DNA of 64,000 nucleotides from Spongospora subterranea f. sp. subterranea (taxonomy: Eukaryota), in assembly GCA_049724395.1 (NCBI GenBank), contig JAUGWO010000038.1, positions 124,001 through 188,000 on the forward strand. Direction: 5' to 3'. A program made the position numbers and the translations under genes. A model generated the notes under the pieces. The model was given only the letters and a program-made list of their open reading frames with translations. It was not told where the DNA came from and searched no databases. Shown here in pieces: positions 13,869-27,499 of the stretch (its first letter is position 1; each line of letters starts with the position of its first letter).

Positions 13869-14760
13869 ATTGTATATATTCATCTATTCAAGAAAATTGC
13901 TTATCTGTAGTATTTCTGTATATTCGTCTCTCCAGTGTGATGTTTAGTTTCTCTAACAAATTACTGTACCTTTCAATCGGAATGATGGTGCCGTTAACTG
14001 GGAAAACCAATCCCAACTCTAGAGAATATTTGTCTAAGCCGGAAGACACATCGGTTCACATTACCGAAAGAAGAGTGAAATCAGGGGAGACTTCTTCGCC
14101 AATGCCTCTTGTACGTCAAGTGAAAGTATATAAAAAAGCCAACAAAATATTGGAAAATAGCCTCAAGGATTTGCGGAAACTACAGCGGGGCGATTTTCGA
14201 ATTGCTGCCATTCGCACACTGAAAGCGAACAACAGAATTCTGGAGGTATCATTTCAGGTTATCGATTCTCTATAACAGTTCCCAAACAATCTCGTTGCGA
14301 CAGTCTGAAGTATTCACGTTGAAGTCTGCCTTGATCGCGCGCGGTGCCACTCAAGCAGAGGTTATGCTTGCGATGAACTACACGTTGAAACACCCCTGAA
14401 AATATCCATGGCCTAGGTTGATACGCTTTTATCAAGGAATCTAGAGTCACTTCGCCTAGCGCATGACTGAACTCGATTTTCAACATGACTGATGAAACAA
14501 CGTCGAAATCGCGCCCAAGGTCCAGCAATTGCTTGCCGATGGGGGGGGGACGACCGTTCCGGCACACGGAGCGAATCGGATCATAATCAATTTCCATCAT
14601 AAAGCTGAATAAACACCGATGGTGTTCCTGCGTTCGCCGGTGAGGTGACGGCAACCGTCCTGTGTCGATGGCACATGTTGCTTGATAGGGGGCCCTGAGA
14701 ACCTCATCCAATAGTTGTGCTCCATCCCGTTGGCCAAATGGGCTGGCCGCGACCGTCATA
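13860..14760 (-). CDS. Hypothetical multi-exon protein
   Basis: 190-codon minus ORF 14259-14831 (first true Met near 14759) plus downstream open segments with GT..AG boundaries. No family recognised. Confidence 0.4.
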
Positions 14761-14811
14761 TCCAGTTGTATCGTCACCCGTTGCTGCAGCCCCGTTCCAT
14801 TTTCATTACAG

Positions 14812-14831
14812 ACACACACACACACACACAC
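14812..14831. repeat. (AC)n microsatellite
   Basis: acacacacacacacacacac. Confidence 0.9.
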
Positions 14832-14999
14832 TGGATCGGGCCAGTGGTCTTCTGAGTCCTGTGTATGGCTCCCCCCCCCCTAGACCTGTGTAACACCATA
14901 TCCTGTATAATCTGGATTAGGATCGTGAGAGAGGACCGTTTGAGGACCATTATTATTCGTCATCTCATTAACAGCAGAACAGATAGGGGGTTGGCGTCC

Positions 15000-16665
15000 A
15001 TGGGAGCTTGTTGGGTATGCCCACAAACCGGGACGAAATCGGTCATCACAAGGTGCAACAATGTCCCCGAACGTTAGGGTTTGCTGTTGAGAAGCAGAAT
15101 TTAGGTTCGGGAAATTCAGCCATATTGCTGAGGTGAATTGAACTCGGACGGTGGATGTAGAGCGTGAGTTCAATTTGATTATCAGCCAGGGTGTCAGCCA
15201 TTGTGGCCCTGTTTGTGCCAGAGTGTCGCCGGGAGTGTCAGCCTACGCGTCAAAGAGTTCAGGCAACTGATTGAGGTCAAGGTATAATAGGGTATTCCAC
15301 CGTGCTCTAACTGGGATGATTGATTCGTGGTGGTGTAGACGAAAGGTAGGCAAACACTTACGTCCATGAAATAATTTGTGACTGACGCGCGTTCCAATGC
15401 AATGGATAATCGATGCAGATAATGTTCGCGTTTGATCATGTTGTTGAAATTTCGTAGTTTATTTAAACCATTCTAGGTGTTTGTGACGTTAAACGTCGCT
15501 ATTCAGTACGAAATTCTTCCCGACAAAGTGTATGAAGCTTTTTACAAACTGCAAAACCCGACCAGTCAAATGGAATCATACATTGTTGATGTGAGTCCAA
15601 GTTTTTGTAACATTTTTGCTCTACTTCTAACCAGTGATGCCTCCCTCAGGTTGTTCGCGCTCATATTCCTCAATTGGTACGTCAAATAGCGATTAGCAAT
15701 AATGGGATCAAACTGAAGTGATGTCAGGACTTAGACAGTGTGTTCATCGAAAAAGAGGTATTTGCTTTCGCGACAACTTTGATTTTGATGCGACTAACTG
15801 CTTACTCAACTTCAGAGTCTATCAGATCAGATAAAAATAGGTAGGAACAACACGATTGGGAACGTTCGCATCCATGACTGACTTTGCTTTGTGAAATATT
15901 TTAAGAGCTAGGGGAAGCGATGGCAAATTACGGTTATCTTATATTGAAGACGTACACGACCTTACGTTTGCGTATGGAAAATTGCTTTAATCCTCGACAG
16001 ATTGATAACGGATATCGATCCGTCAAAAGAAATCAAGCAAGCAATGAACGAGATCGTGCGCCAACAGCGACTAAAAATGGGTTATAACCTCATCTGGTCG
16101 AAACATATTACGATTTATTTGTTATGTTGTGCTCAGCTGCTGAAGATCAAGGCGAAACTGCTCGAATCCTGGCCGTCGCCTCAGCCGAAGCCGAGGGTCA
16201 GAAGATTCGTATTCAGGCTGCGGCTGACGCCGAGGCTAAATTCCTGAATGGTGAAGGAATGGCCCGTCAACGTGCAGCGATCATCAATGGTCGACAATGG
16301 TTACAGACTGTGGACGATCGATTGCTAAGATTTCTGTCCTTCAGGTATGCGGGATGATGTCAGCCATTTCTCCAACGTTGTTGACGACGTCGGAGCTCGA
16401 GATGTTTTACATTTGATTATTCTAACACGTGACCGCCTATCGTCAAACTGTGTCGGCAACTGAAATATGTTCAGAATATCTCGACACATTGAGAGATGTG
16501 GCCCATAAGTCGTCGGGCAACTCCATGTTCGTTCCTCATGGCCCAGGATCAGTGACAGCCTTGTCCGAGCAGGTATTTTCCATTGCCCCAGGTGTCAACG
16601 CGCGTCAGATTCACCACGTTGATCAGATTCGTCAAGGGTTCGAGGACGCATCGAAAAGAACGTGA
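15000..16665 (+). CDS. HIR: SPFH/band-7 hypersensitive-induced-response-like protein, about 15 exons
   Basis: N-terminus MGACWVC (acylation-like), KTKDNVFV, AFYKLQNP, ITDIDPS, AMNEI, AEAKFLNGEGMARQRAAIING, QYLDTLRDV and MFVPHGPG match the plant-type HIR pattern. Confidence 0.93.
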
Positions 16666-16828
16666 AACGGGAGGTGAGTTTCAGTTGAATAAATCGCAAA
16701 ACGATGTCTTTTGGTTAAAATTATTAGTGAAATCGGCTTCGAAGTTGAACTTTATTTGACAATAACTGCTATACAGACAAGTGGAGCGACGGCTGCGAAT
16801 TCGTATAATTAGGAAAACCATGGAACGA

Positions 16829-19131
16829 TCAAGCGATGGCAGCTGCGTATCTGATATATGCATCCCGCGTTGCCTTCAACAGAAAATCCATGTGCTCATC
16901 GTCAAACGATTCATACGCTCGAAACTGTGTCTCGGATACAGCGAAGGTGACGTTGAGACATTCCGCTGAATGATCGGCGTCGAAGGCCTCGGCGCTGCTG
17001 AACATTCTCAGCACTAGATCCGGTAGGCACATCAGACGATATGGCGCCAGTTCGGCGTCAATCTTCGGGTCGTCGAACCTCATCCACCCGTTCTCAAACC
17101 GCACCACATCCAGGACCGCCCGTCGGGCGATGTCGAAAAATGACTCTTTGGTCTCGTTCCATATTGCCAAATCCTGTTTGGTTGGACCATATTGCATGTT
17201 ATCGAGAACCTCGCTGGCGTCCCGTTTCCCGAGAACAGGAGCGATAATGTTGGGGCGTTTCGACAAATATCTTTCCAGATCTTGGAGTTTACACCTTGCT
17301 TTGATCAGGGCGCTCCAGCAGAAGAATTCGCGAGCATCGTCGGGTTGCTCGAAAGGCGGCTCCGGTCTGGCGAACAATGTGTAAAGGTGAACGGCGTCGT
17401 CGAACTGGTTATCGGCGATGAACTGGCGGAAAAAGATATTGGCCTGATGGATGGCCGTTGAGATGTGCAGACCTTGGCAGGCGATAAGATCGTCGACGTC
17501 TTTCGATATGAACTCGCCATCCTCCGTCCTGGCCGGGACCATCATCACCAGCAGGCGCTGCTGGATCTGATGAACAACCTCGGGTGAGAACAGCTCAGCG
17601 GCACGACCCAGGAACCATTCTCTCGTGGCGTTATTGGAGCAAGCTCGAAGAACGGCAGCGTACTCCTCAATCTGTCGAAACAACCAAGTAAGTCCTCTGG
17701 CCATCAACACAAACGGTTCCAGAATTACTTTGATCGGTTCGGGTAAAGCCAACGTCGCCTCGGGTATGAAATGCTGTAAATCGGGGGTGGTGCTCAAATA
17801 CCTAAAAACAACCTGGCTTAAAACCGAATCGACCAACGCGATTTGGCGAACTATCGTCACCTGATGTAATGGACGATGATTCGGGAGTTGATATCGTCCT
17901 CGGTCGGAGCGTGGACCAGCGTTAGATAGAGTCGGGCGGCGAACTCGATGTAGGATGGGCGATGATACGACCGATCGCTACTTTGGGAATCCATCGTGGA
18001 ATAGAGCTCATTGGCCACCTCTTGGAAATTGTCCACGGCCAGATACTTGATGACCCGATTATAGGAGTCTTTATGGGCATCAGGATGGGCTTGGAAGAAC
18101 GCCGATTCGGCCTTGTCCAGCAGCTGCCCGATCGATAACGGCGTCGGACGAACCACGAGCTGTTCGGGGTCGAGGGGCTCACAGACTCGGAAATCCTGCG
18201 ACGATTGCAGATAATCGTAGAGGAGCTGGTCACGATGAACGATCAGATAACAGGTGCAGGTCGCCCATATGTATTGCTGCCACGTCGAGCAGGCCGGCAA
18301 TACGTTGGCGATATCGCCAGACAGGATACCGTAGACGGCGCGCTCCCAGACCGAGGCGCCGTCCTGTGATGCCAACTGTCGGCAGGTGTGTAACCACAGC
18401 CATCGGTGCGGATTGCCCTCGATCTGACCTTGCTCGACATGATAGGGAAGTCCCCCAGATAAGCTGACGGCGCGCCAATCGTGCCCGAACGCCTGGCACA
18501 ACTGGAACACGGACGGAATCCTGAGGTTCTCGTCGCCTTGGGTTAATCGACCTGAAAGCAGTAATTGCCAGACGTAGTGCCAGAACATGGTCTCGGTCTT
18601 GACGTCCTCGGGGTGGATACGCGTCCCATCGCGCCATACGCCATCCGGATCTAACGAGGTCGACGGCGACGTCAATGTATGGGAGCAGGGCGTGCTCCAA
18701 TCCATTGGAATAGACGAGTTCTCCTCCTGATTCCTCAGACGATGATCCTCTTCCGACCAGATCGCCAGCGACTGGGCCCGACGCAGGACGTCGGATCGCT
18801 TGACGATCTCCTCCATGGCGATCCTGTGGCTGCGCGTGTGAACCCTGCTCATATCGCCATCGCACCGCTCCTCGCTAGAGATACCGTTCAGGAACGTCCA
18901 CACCGTGCGCTGCGCCTTCAGCGCCGATAGCTCGGCGACGACGTCCGATGGGTTCAAGGACAGTTCCCATGGGGCCGTGGTTCTCGATGTGGCGAAAGTA
19001 GCGCCATCCACCGTCTGCGACAGCTCCAGGATTCGTTCGTCGATCGTGTCCATGATCTGCAGGATAGCGGTGTCGTTTTGTTCGGGGTCATGGGTGCCCG
19101 GATCGATGAGCCGCTGGGGATCTGAAGTCAT
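16829..19131 (-). CDS. NUP107: Nuclear pore complex protein Nup107/Nup84, two exons (intron ~17804-17861)
   Basis: SLDPDG..IHPED, WQLLLSGR, CQAFGHDWRAVSLSGG, EGNPHRWLW, WERAVYGILSGD and PACSTWQQYIWA. A GTGACG..TTTAG intron joins the two long ORFs. Confidence 0.93.
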
Positions 19132-20099
19132 CGATATCGGGGGGAGTAGGGGGGAGTCCTCTTGGTCGTCAGTTGGCTGCTGGCGCCCCGAAATACCCCA
19201 TGACACCCCAAACGCCCAACCCAAGTATACACCGTTACGGACTCCGTTATTCCAACATAAAACCAACTCAACCACGCTCCAACCACCCTAATTGAAACAT
19301 TGTGTTTAACCGAAAGATATACATTGGGAATCGATTCTAGCGCGCAAAGAACGAATCTTCCAATTTCTATCTGCATCTGTTGTTATAAATTTCTGGTTGC
19401 GTGTCGTGCTCTAAAGGAATAACCTCCAGAGTAACTTCGTGAGGATTGTTCATCCAATCCTAGAGGATTCTCGACCATCTTTGACAATGAACACACGGCA
19501 ATTGCCTCTTCCAACCCCGAATATCTCAAATACAACTCATCATCAGGTTCGTCTTTGGAAAATTTACACAGAGCACTTGAGAACCATCGACTATGGTGTA
19601 TTTGAATTCGACTAAATCACCGACAGCACTTCGCTCTCCACAACGATCGTGCAACGCGAACGAGCGCCCATTACTCTTTTGACGAAGACCGATAATCTCC
19701 AGACGGCTATGAAACTGTCCATGGGTGAAGTCCATCATTCTCGAGACTTTCGGATCATGACAACTTTTGAGCACAGTCCAAAAATTACTTCAAGTTCACC
19801 TTTGGGTCCTCAGATGAAATTAACCCATCCACAGGTATTAGCATTGTTAAAGTTGCCATCAAAGGTCCTGTTCCAAGATGCTCAAGCTGCAAAATGCCAA
19901 TAATTCGAGCTGTTTGGAGAGTATCGCTAACTCGGACTACCAATACACAACACCATTCAAAGCAAACAGTTTCCTTTCATTGCAACGAAGAATGTATCAA
20001 CTCAATTAGATCTAAAGAACATCGGGTACGGCAGAATTGAGGCTAATCAACGATGATCAAATCAAAACAAGCAAACACTCGTTGTGACAGCGAATCTGT

Positions 20100-23000
20100 A
20101 AACTTGAGATCATTTGAATAGCAATTGTTTGCATCGTAGTCGACATCTGTCTCATCCGTGTCAATAATCACGGATGGATTTGAATTGAAAAATATGTTTC
20201 CATGCTCCTGACCGACTTCTGAAATTATATGTTTGTCACAGTCATATCCATTATGGACTTATAGTAGCGATTGTTTATCGATGTGGTAGATTCCAACGAG
20301 AGTGTGCAAACACTAGGAATCTACCTACCCATATCGCCAGGTGCAGTTGTTGTATTCCCATTTAGATCAGGATTATGGGGATTTGCGCCTCTCTTCAACA
20401 GATACCTGATCAAAACTTTTCTATAACATCAATTTAATTGATGGGGTGATTGGTGTCAAATATGGACTAGGACCAACCGATTACACTCAATAGCCCTCTG
20501 AAGAAGTGTTGCCCCATCATTGCCCGCGTGATTGACATCAATAGTTTTGATCATTGATATGATGATTTTGTCTGTCCTGTTGGCAAATGAGTGGGAATTT
20601 CGATATACAGTGGTATTTGGGCGATATACAATTCACGTGGCATACAGGTGTGAAACGGTGTAATCCCATTAATATCTGCTATATTGCGATCGGCACCTTT
20701 CTCCAGAAGAATCTGGACAATATCAAAACTGGAAATACAAAAACACATTATTGAAAATGTGATCAGAACCAGCCTGTAATTTCTACCAACCGTGCATGAG
20801 TAACTGCCAGAAACAAAGCAGTTTGCCAATTTTGGTTTCTGAAATTGATTAGTTCTGACGTGGCCTGACGGTTGACATGTCGGTCCCTGTGAGATCAGAT
20901 CAGCGACTTCAATGATCTCGACACACCCATCAACAAAAACAGCCGATCATGAACTAACTCTCCATTCGAACACACTGAGGGATCCATCATCCCGTCTGGA
21001 CCCAGAATATCGCCCGTTCTTGGCGTTGCCGCCTCAAGTATAGATATAATGGTCTCTCCACTTCTATGAGATTTAACATGAGATTTCTGGAAAATAAAAC
21101 AAGATTGAAGGTGTGTACAGATTATGCTCTATCGCCAGGTGCAGTGCCGTATTCCCATTAAATCAGTAACAATGGGGTTGGCGCCTCTCTTCAACAATTT
21201 CATAACCACCACATCCCTAACCAATCAGTGCTAATTGAGGGGCCGATCAGTGTCCACACAATATCAATTGACCAACCGACGACACTTAATAGCACAATGG
21301 AAAATAGTGGATCCATCATTGTACCGGTGGTTGATATCAATATTGTGTATCATTGATAAAATAGAATCGTCTGTTCTGTGATAACATCAGTAAATGTTGG
21401 AGTGTTTGGTGAGATGTTGTTCAACTCACAGGGTCAATAGAATCTTGTGCAATGGTGTATCCCTATCATCATCCGCTATTGTGGGATCGGCACCGTTCTC
21501 CAACAGAATTTGGGCGATGTCAACACTGGGGATAGGAGACCTTAGTATTGAACTCGCTGATCAGAGCCAGAGAGATAATTTGACCAACCGATTCAAATGA
21601 ACTGCAGAAGAGAAAGCAGTTTGGCCATTATTTCTCCTCGAATTGAATATACCGCCACAAGAGAGTGCGATTATTTTAGTGACGAGTTCTCGGTTTCTGT
21701 GAGATCATATCAGGGCATTCAATGTGCCAGACCGATATAAGAGCAATATACAGGTTTTTAAGCAATTGTTGAAACAAACACGCATAGAATCGTGTTGTCA
21801 TCGGATTCTGGAACACAAGATGGATTGGTTTTGGCGTCGCCGCTTGAATTATATTAATGATGATCTGTTCACTTCTGTACAATACGAATAAGGTTTTTTG
21901 ATAAATCAACATTTGAACTGTTCATAATACAGTCCGCGCTCTATTGACAAGTCAAGTGCGGTATTCCCAAAATGATCAGGAAAAATAGGATCGGCGCCTC
22001 TCTTCAACAAATATTTAATCAAAACTTCCCTAAATTATCAGTTTTATTGAGGCGCTGATTAATATGCGACAGTAAATTACGACCAACCGTTTTTGACGAA
22101 CTGCAGAATGGAGAAGAAGGTCTCCATGCCTGTTCACGTGGTTGACATCAATATTTTCGATCATCAAAATTATCATTTCGTCTGTCCTGTGAGCACATCA
22201 GTAAATATATTCTGTGAGATTTTGGCGACATACATGACAGTTGGCAAACCGGAGTGGAATGGTGAGTCCCCATAGTTACACGATATAGTGTAATCGGCAC
22301 CACTAAGAAAAAGCATGTTGGCGATTTTACCACTGGAGATATACAGACACCATCATTGAAGTTGGTGATTAGAACATGAAAGACAATTTGACCAACCGAT
22401 CACGATTAACTGCTGTCCAAAAAGCAGTGCGCCCCTTATGATTCCTGAAGTTTAATATTTCTGACGTCGCTTTACCGATGGCATTTGGGTCCCTGTGAGA
22501 TCAGATCAGCGACTATAATGATTTCACCACACCTTCTAAAAATATACAGTTCGTCAAGAGTCATTGTTCCGCTGGAGCACCCACAGAGATACGTTATCTC
22601 ATTATGGGACAGATTATCGACAGCCTTTGCCCTCGTCGCTTTAATTATGTCAATAATGATCTCATCACTTCTGTGAGATCTCAATCAGAAGAGTTCCAAT
22701 TTCCCAAAGATCATAGTAGTCTACAGAACGTGTTGTATCGCCAGGTGCAGTGCTGTATTGCCATTGAAATCTGTTAGTGTGGGATCGGCACCGAGATTCA
22801 ACAGAAGTCGGAAGATCTCCTCACTAAAACTCATTACTCAAGGCGCCAACCAGACTCAGACAGTGAATTGACCAACCGTTTAAGATAAACTGCTGTGCAG
22901 AAAGCAGTGCGCCCCAAATTGTTCCTGAAGTTCAAAATTTCTGACGTCGCTTCACCGATGGCATTTCGGTTCCTGTGAGATTAGGTAAACGACTTTTATG

Positions 23001-24300
23001 ATTTCACCACACCTTTTGAGAATATACAGTCCATCATGATCCATTGTTCCACTCGGACACCCACAGGGATTGATAATCTCATTATGACCCAGATTGTCGA
23101 CAGCGTTTGTAGTCGCCGCTTTAATTATATCAATAATGATCTGTCGACTTCTGTGAGATCTCAATTAGATGAGTTGCAATTTCCACAGATTTTAGCAGTC
23201 TACAGATTTCTTTCTATCGCTAAGTGCAGTGCTGTATTGCCATTAATATCTGTGAATGTGGGATCGGCACCGTGTTTCAACAGAATTAGGGAAATATGCT
23301 CACTGAACCTCATTATTGAAGGTGCTTAACAGACCCAGACAGTAAATTGACCAACCGACGATAATAAACTGCAAGTGAGAGAGCAGTGCGTCCCCTATTG
23401 TTCCTGAGTTTAAGGAGTTCTAAAGTCGTCTCTCCTATGGCATATCGGTCCCTATGGGATTATTCAGCGACTTCACTTTTTCGACCCCCAGATTTACAAT
23501 ATACAGGCTATTGTGAATCAGTTGTCCACTCAAACACACATAAGGTTCAGTATGACCCAGAACATGGATTGTCTGTGCCTTTGTCGCCTCAATTATATCA
23601 ATAATGATCTCTTCACTTCTGTGAGATCTCAATCAGATGATTTCCAATTTCCACAGATTATCGCAGTCTACAAGTCTCGTTCTATCGCCAGGTGCAGTGC
23701 TGTATTGCCCGAATTATCAGCAATAATGGGATTGGCTCCTCCATCCAACAGAATCTTAATCACCTCTTTCCTGATCAATCAGTAGTAAATATTGACAGCG
23801 AATCACCCTTTAACACAATATTCGACTAACCGATCACAGACCACTGCAAAATGTAGTGGAGTTTTACCAGCCTTATTTTGGAGATCAAGAGCTTGTGGGT
23901 TTGTCATTTTGATTTTTTCCAAGAGCTTGATGACGGCGTCATTTCTATTAGAGTGTCAGATAACGGGTAATGACATATAATATGGAATATATTACAGGCC
24001 CTGACCAGCGGCGATGTGCAATGGAGAATTGCCGAATTCATCCTGTGTGAATATGTCGGCCCCTCTATCTATCAGAATAATGGCGACATTTTCTCTATTG
24101 TAATGACATCAAGGGGGAAATAGAATTCATTGCCCATTCGAAATTACCGGCAGTAGAGAAGTGATAAATCGAGAACGGTGATCTTATAACTGTCGAAAGC
24201 CGTGTTCCAATGGTGATTCCGACCAATGACACCTTTGATATAATATGGAGGATTGATAACTACATTCGGGTTAAATATCATGGCCAATTCCTCAGCGAAT
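20100..24300 (-). CDS. Ankyrin-repeat protein built from tandemly duplicated exon blocks; ends uncertain
   Basis: Exons such as ILIDRGADIFTQDEFGNSPLHIAA, LQNKAGKTPLHFAV, ILLDGGANPIIADNSGNTALHLAI and LNFRNHKGRTAFWTAV. A recurring intron donor (forward GACCAACCG) occurs at ~20471, 21270, 21582, 22081, 22390, 22870 and 23349. Confidence 0.8.
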
Positions 24301-25299
24301 TCATTTCTAAATAATTCGATTAGTTATTTAGTACATTATTGGCCCACATCAATAGACTATAGCAACCTGTTTTCAATTGCCTCAATCAGGGCAGTTTTGG
24401 TTCCATTCGATCTTTGAAAGAGGAATCCGACACCAAAAATGAATATTATTAGATTCAATACCATCGGTACCATTATCCCTAAAACAAAAAACCAAAGAAC
24501 CCTGGTTTATCAAGTCAAAAAACCCAAAATCAATCAATGTTGCTGATAGCGTGACCCTATTTCCTGAAAGGGGATATTCTAACTCTGACTGACCAACTAG
24601 GGGTGCTGTAGCCGGAGCCGTGGACACCCCTATGACCAGATGATCGGCCATAGTGGTACTGTAGTAGGGCATGTCTAAAAATAATCACACATGAGTGGAG
24701 TGCCTTAACTTATGAATGATGCTGTTCCACTATACGGTTGTCATTTATTCCGTGTCCCACAAAGAAATGAGTTTCCGCCCACAGGACACAATTTCCGTCT
24801 GTTTTGACCGGCGACTTCGTAGTCCTTGGCATTGCTCACAACCGGCAAAGTTGGAATTGAAGGTCTTCCTGAATTTTGTGTAATGCTTACTCTGATTGAT
24901 TGCGAATGCCTTTGGATTACTTTTGACGATTTCTTTCGTCTATTGGGATTGTGTTTAATGCTGTATAGATTGTTGAATTTATTTTTCTCGTTTGGATTCA
25001 GAAAATGGTTGATCAAATCTTGGGAAAAGAGAAGGTCTGTGGGCTTTAACAGTCAATCTGTATGGTTTAGTATGGGTATACAAAGGTTCGCGGGTTCTTT
25101 TGAGCTGAGTATGCCTATATCCAGGTGTGTATTGATACAGGCGAAGAGTTGGCCAGAATGACCATTCTTCTGCGGTGGAGCCGCGAACCGGATTGGATGG
25201 ATAATCCACATGAAACCGACGGAAAAATCGGTTCCTTTAAGGCTGGTGTGACACCAAGGGTACGTGCCGGCTCCCACGATCGCTCTGACGGCGGGTACC

Positions 25300-27300
25300 C
25301 TTCCCAATCGAGGAGATGCTACAGTTGGTGTCGACACCAACGAGAGTCCATCACGTACACTATATCATAATCGCTATTCCGTGTATGAGAACGGGAATTA
25401 CACATAAAGGAGTGATTTGGAAAGTCGTTCAAAAGCATGGAGATGATATTTTTCAACTCAAATCCAACGTGAATCTACACAATGAGACAGTTGTCGAATA
25501 CGCATCAAGGCGGCGACGTTAAAGGCCATGCTTTGGTCTATACAGATGGTGGCGCAGCAGCAGGGCGTCCTGGAGTACATCCGGGAGAAGCAATCACTGA
25601 GGGATCTGTTAAGGCTTCATGCTCGTGACCTAACGGATGAGGATATGATTGAAATCCTTATGGTGGGCTGCCGAGGTCGCTTCCCTGCGGTGATTGAAGC
25701 ACTTCATGATCAAGAAAACATTTCATTAACAACTCTCCAAGACCGGTTGGAGAGTGCCGGAAGAGTCCATGCAAAATGGTGGAAGCAGTGTAGCCGCCAT
25801 GAAGACCAGATAATCTGATATTCCCTGCGGATTTCGCGCTTTGGTTGGACACATTGAAAACAATTGCTGGAAGAAGTACCCGCAAAAGTTACCCGCAAGA
25901 TACCGAAAATCCAATACAAACGCAGTTTCGAACTATACCTGGCCTTCAGATTCAGCGTTTACTCAACAATATGACCGGAGAGAAAAAATGGATATCCGAT
26001 TTATACAAACGATAGCACAAAGATCATACTTGCAGATAACAGCACGATCACTGCTGGTGGAAAGGGCAAGATGGATATACAATTCCGCTTACGCGACGGC
26101 TCTCAATCCTAACTCAGCAAATTAACGTCCTCCACGTATCGGGACTAGGAAATAATAACCTGTTTTCGGTGAAAGAAGGCAAGGAGATGAGGTTTAATGA
26201 GTTTGGGTGCGAGATCAGAGATCGTTATGGTGTTATAACCGGTGAAGGGACTCTTGATCAAGACGGAATGTACAATCTGGATATGCAACCAATCTCAACT
26301 GCTTATGCAAATCAAACTTCATCGACAACAGAAGGTATCAGAATAATCCACCGCAACGAAAGAGATCTAAAATTGATGACGGACAGTATTCATTGCCGGA
26401 CACGCCTTTATCACATCACAACGACACCACGCGCTAAAGATTCGTCTTGTTGTTTCTGTGAAGCATGTGCAATCGGAAAAGCGAAGAGAAAGCCATTTCC
26501 CAATCACAGAAACCCCCGAATTAAAGAACTCTTTGAATTGGTGTGGTTTGATACATGTGGACCTCTAAAGGGGATGTCTCCTACGGGAGAACAGTACTTT
26601 TTACATTTACTGAAGATAAATCGAGGTTTAAGTCCACATTTCTCCTACATCATAAATTCGAGGCGCTGGAAAAATTCAAAATCTATCAACCTCGATTAGA
26701 AAATAGGGCAGGACAAAAGATCAAGATAGTTCATGGTGACAATGCTAAAGAATATGTATCAAAGGAGTTCCAAGAATACCTTCAAGACCGAGGAATTGAA
26801 TGGCAATCCAACGTAGAGTACACATCAGAACAAAACTTAGCAGAACGTGGACATGGCGTGATAATGGATGCAGCTCGCTCTATGATTCAACATGCCCGAT
26901 TACCCAAGATGTTTCTGGGGTATGCGTTCTAGACAGCTAATCATGTCTTGAATGTCTGCCCACATCCGACATACAAAGATTCCACACCTCTTGAAATCCT
27001 TAGAGGAACCAAACCAAATGTTAGCTATTTGAGAGTTTTCGGTTGTGATGCATATGCTCATATACCTCGAGGACAAAGAACGAAAGCAGATGCCAAAGCA
27101 AGAAAATAGATATTTGCCGGTTGCGCTGATCACCAGAAAGGGTATAGACTATTTGATCCTCAAACGATGAAAGTGACAGTGCACAGGGACGTTGTATTCA
27201 ATGAGATCAGCTTGGGCAATCTATAACTGATTACGACGCCATGAACGACATGATCAATGGCGATTCTACCAGTGGTGAACTGAGCGGGCCACGATGAGCT
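25300..27300 (+). mobile_element. Degenerate Ty1/copia LTR retrotransposon (gag, zinc knuckle, integrase; RT missing)
   Basis: Gag-like VLEYIREKQSLRDLL..LTDEDMIEILMVG, knuckle C..GHIENNCW, pre-integrase CEACAIGK, integrase LVWFDTCGP / HGDNAKEY / ER..IMDAARSM and LRVFGCDAYAHIP..KGYRLFDP. Frameshifts and stops throughout. Confidence 0.9.
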
Positions 27301-27499
27301 GAGGGGCGGTCCATGAGTGATATTCGTCGTCCAAGATATGCTGAGCGGGCGTCAATCGTTGGCGATCCGCCATGAACCCAGCGGATATCGAAGTTGGGGG
27401 AAATTAAAAGGGCCCAACAGGATTTCATCAATCTCACAAAAAACAGTCGCTTCGACATCACCGATTAATTTCGCAAAATCGGGCGTGCGATCAGGCCCT

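Noticed and set aside
13780..13900. Possible coding overlap of the convergent transporter and hypothetical gene
   Set aside because: The last exon of the minus-strand gene is too uncertain without transcripts.
17850..17865. Apparent frameshift between the two NUP107 ORFs
   Set aside because: Explained by an ordinary GT-AG intron at about 17804-17861.
22472..23632. Three small ORFs starting MRSHRS that look like a peptide family
   Set aside because: RSHR is the intron acceptor TCTCACAG read through; these are internal exons of the ankyrin gene.
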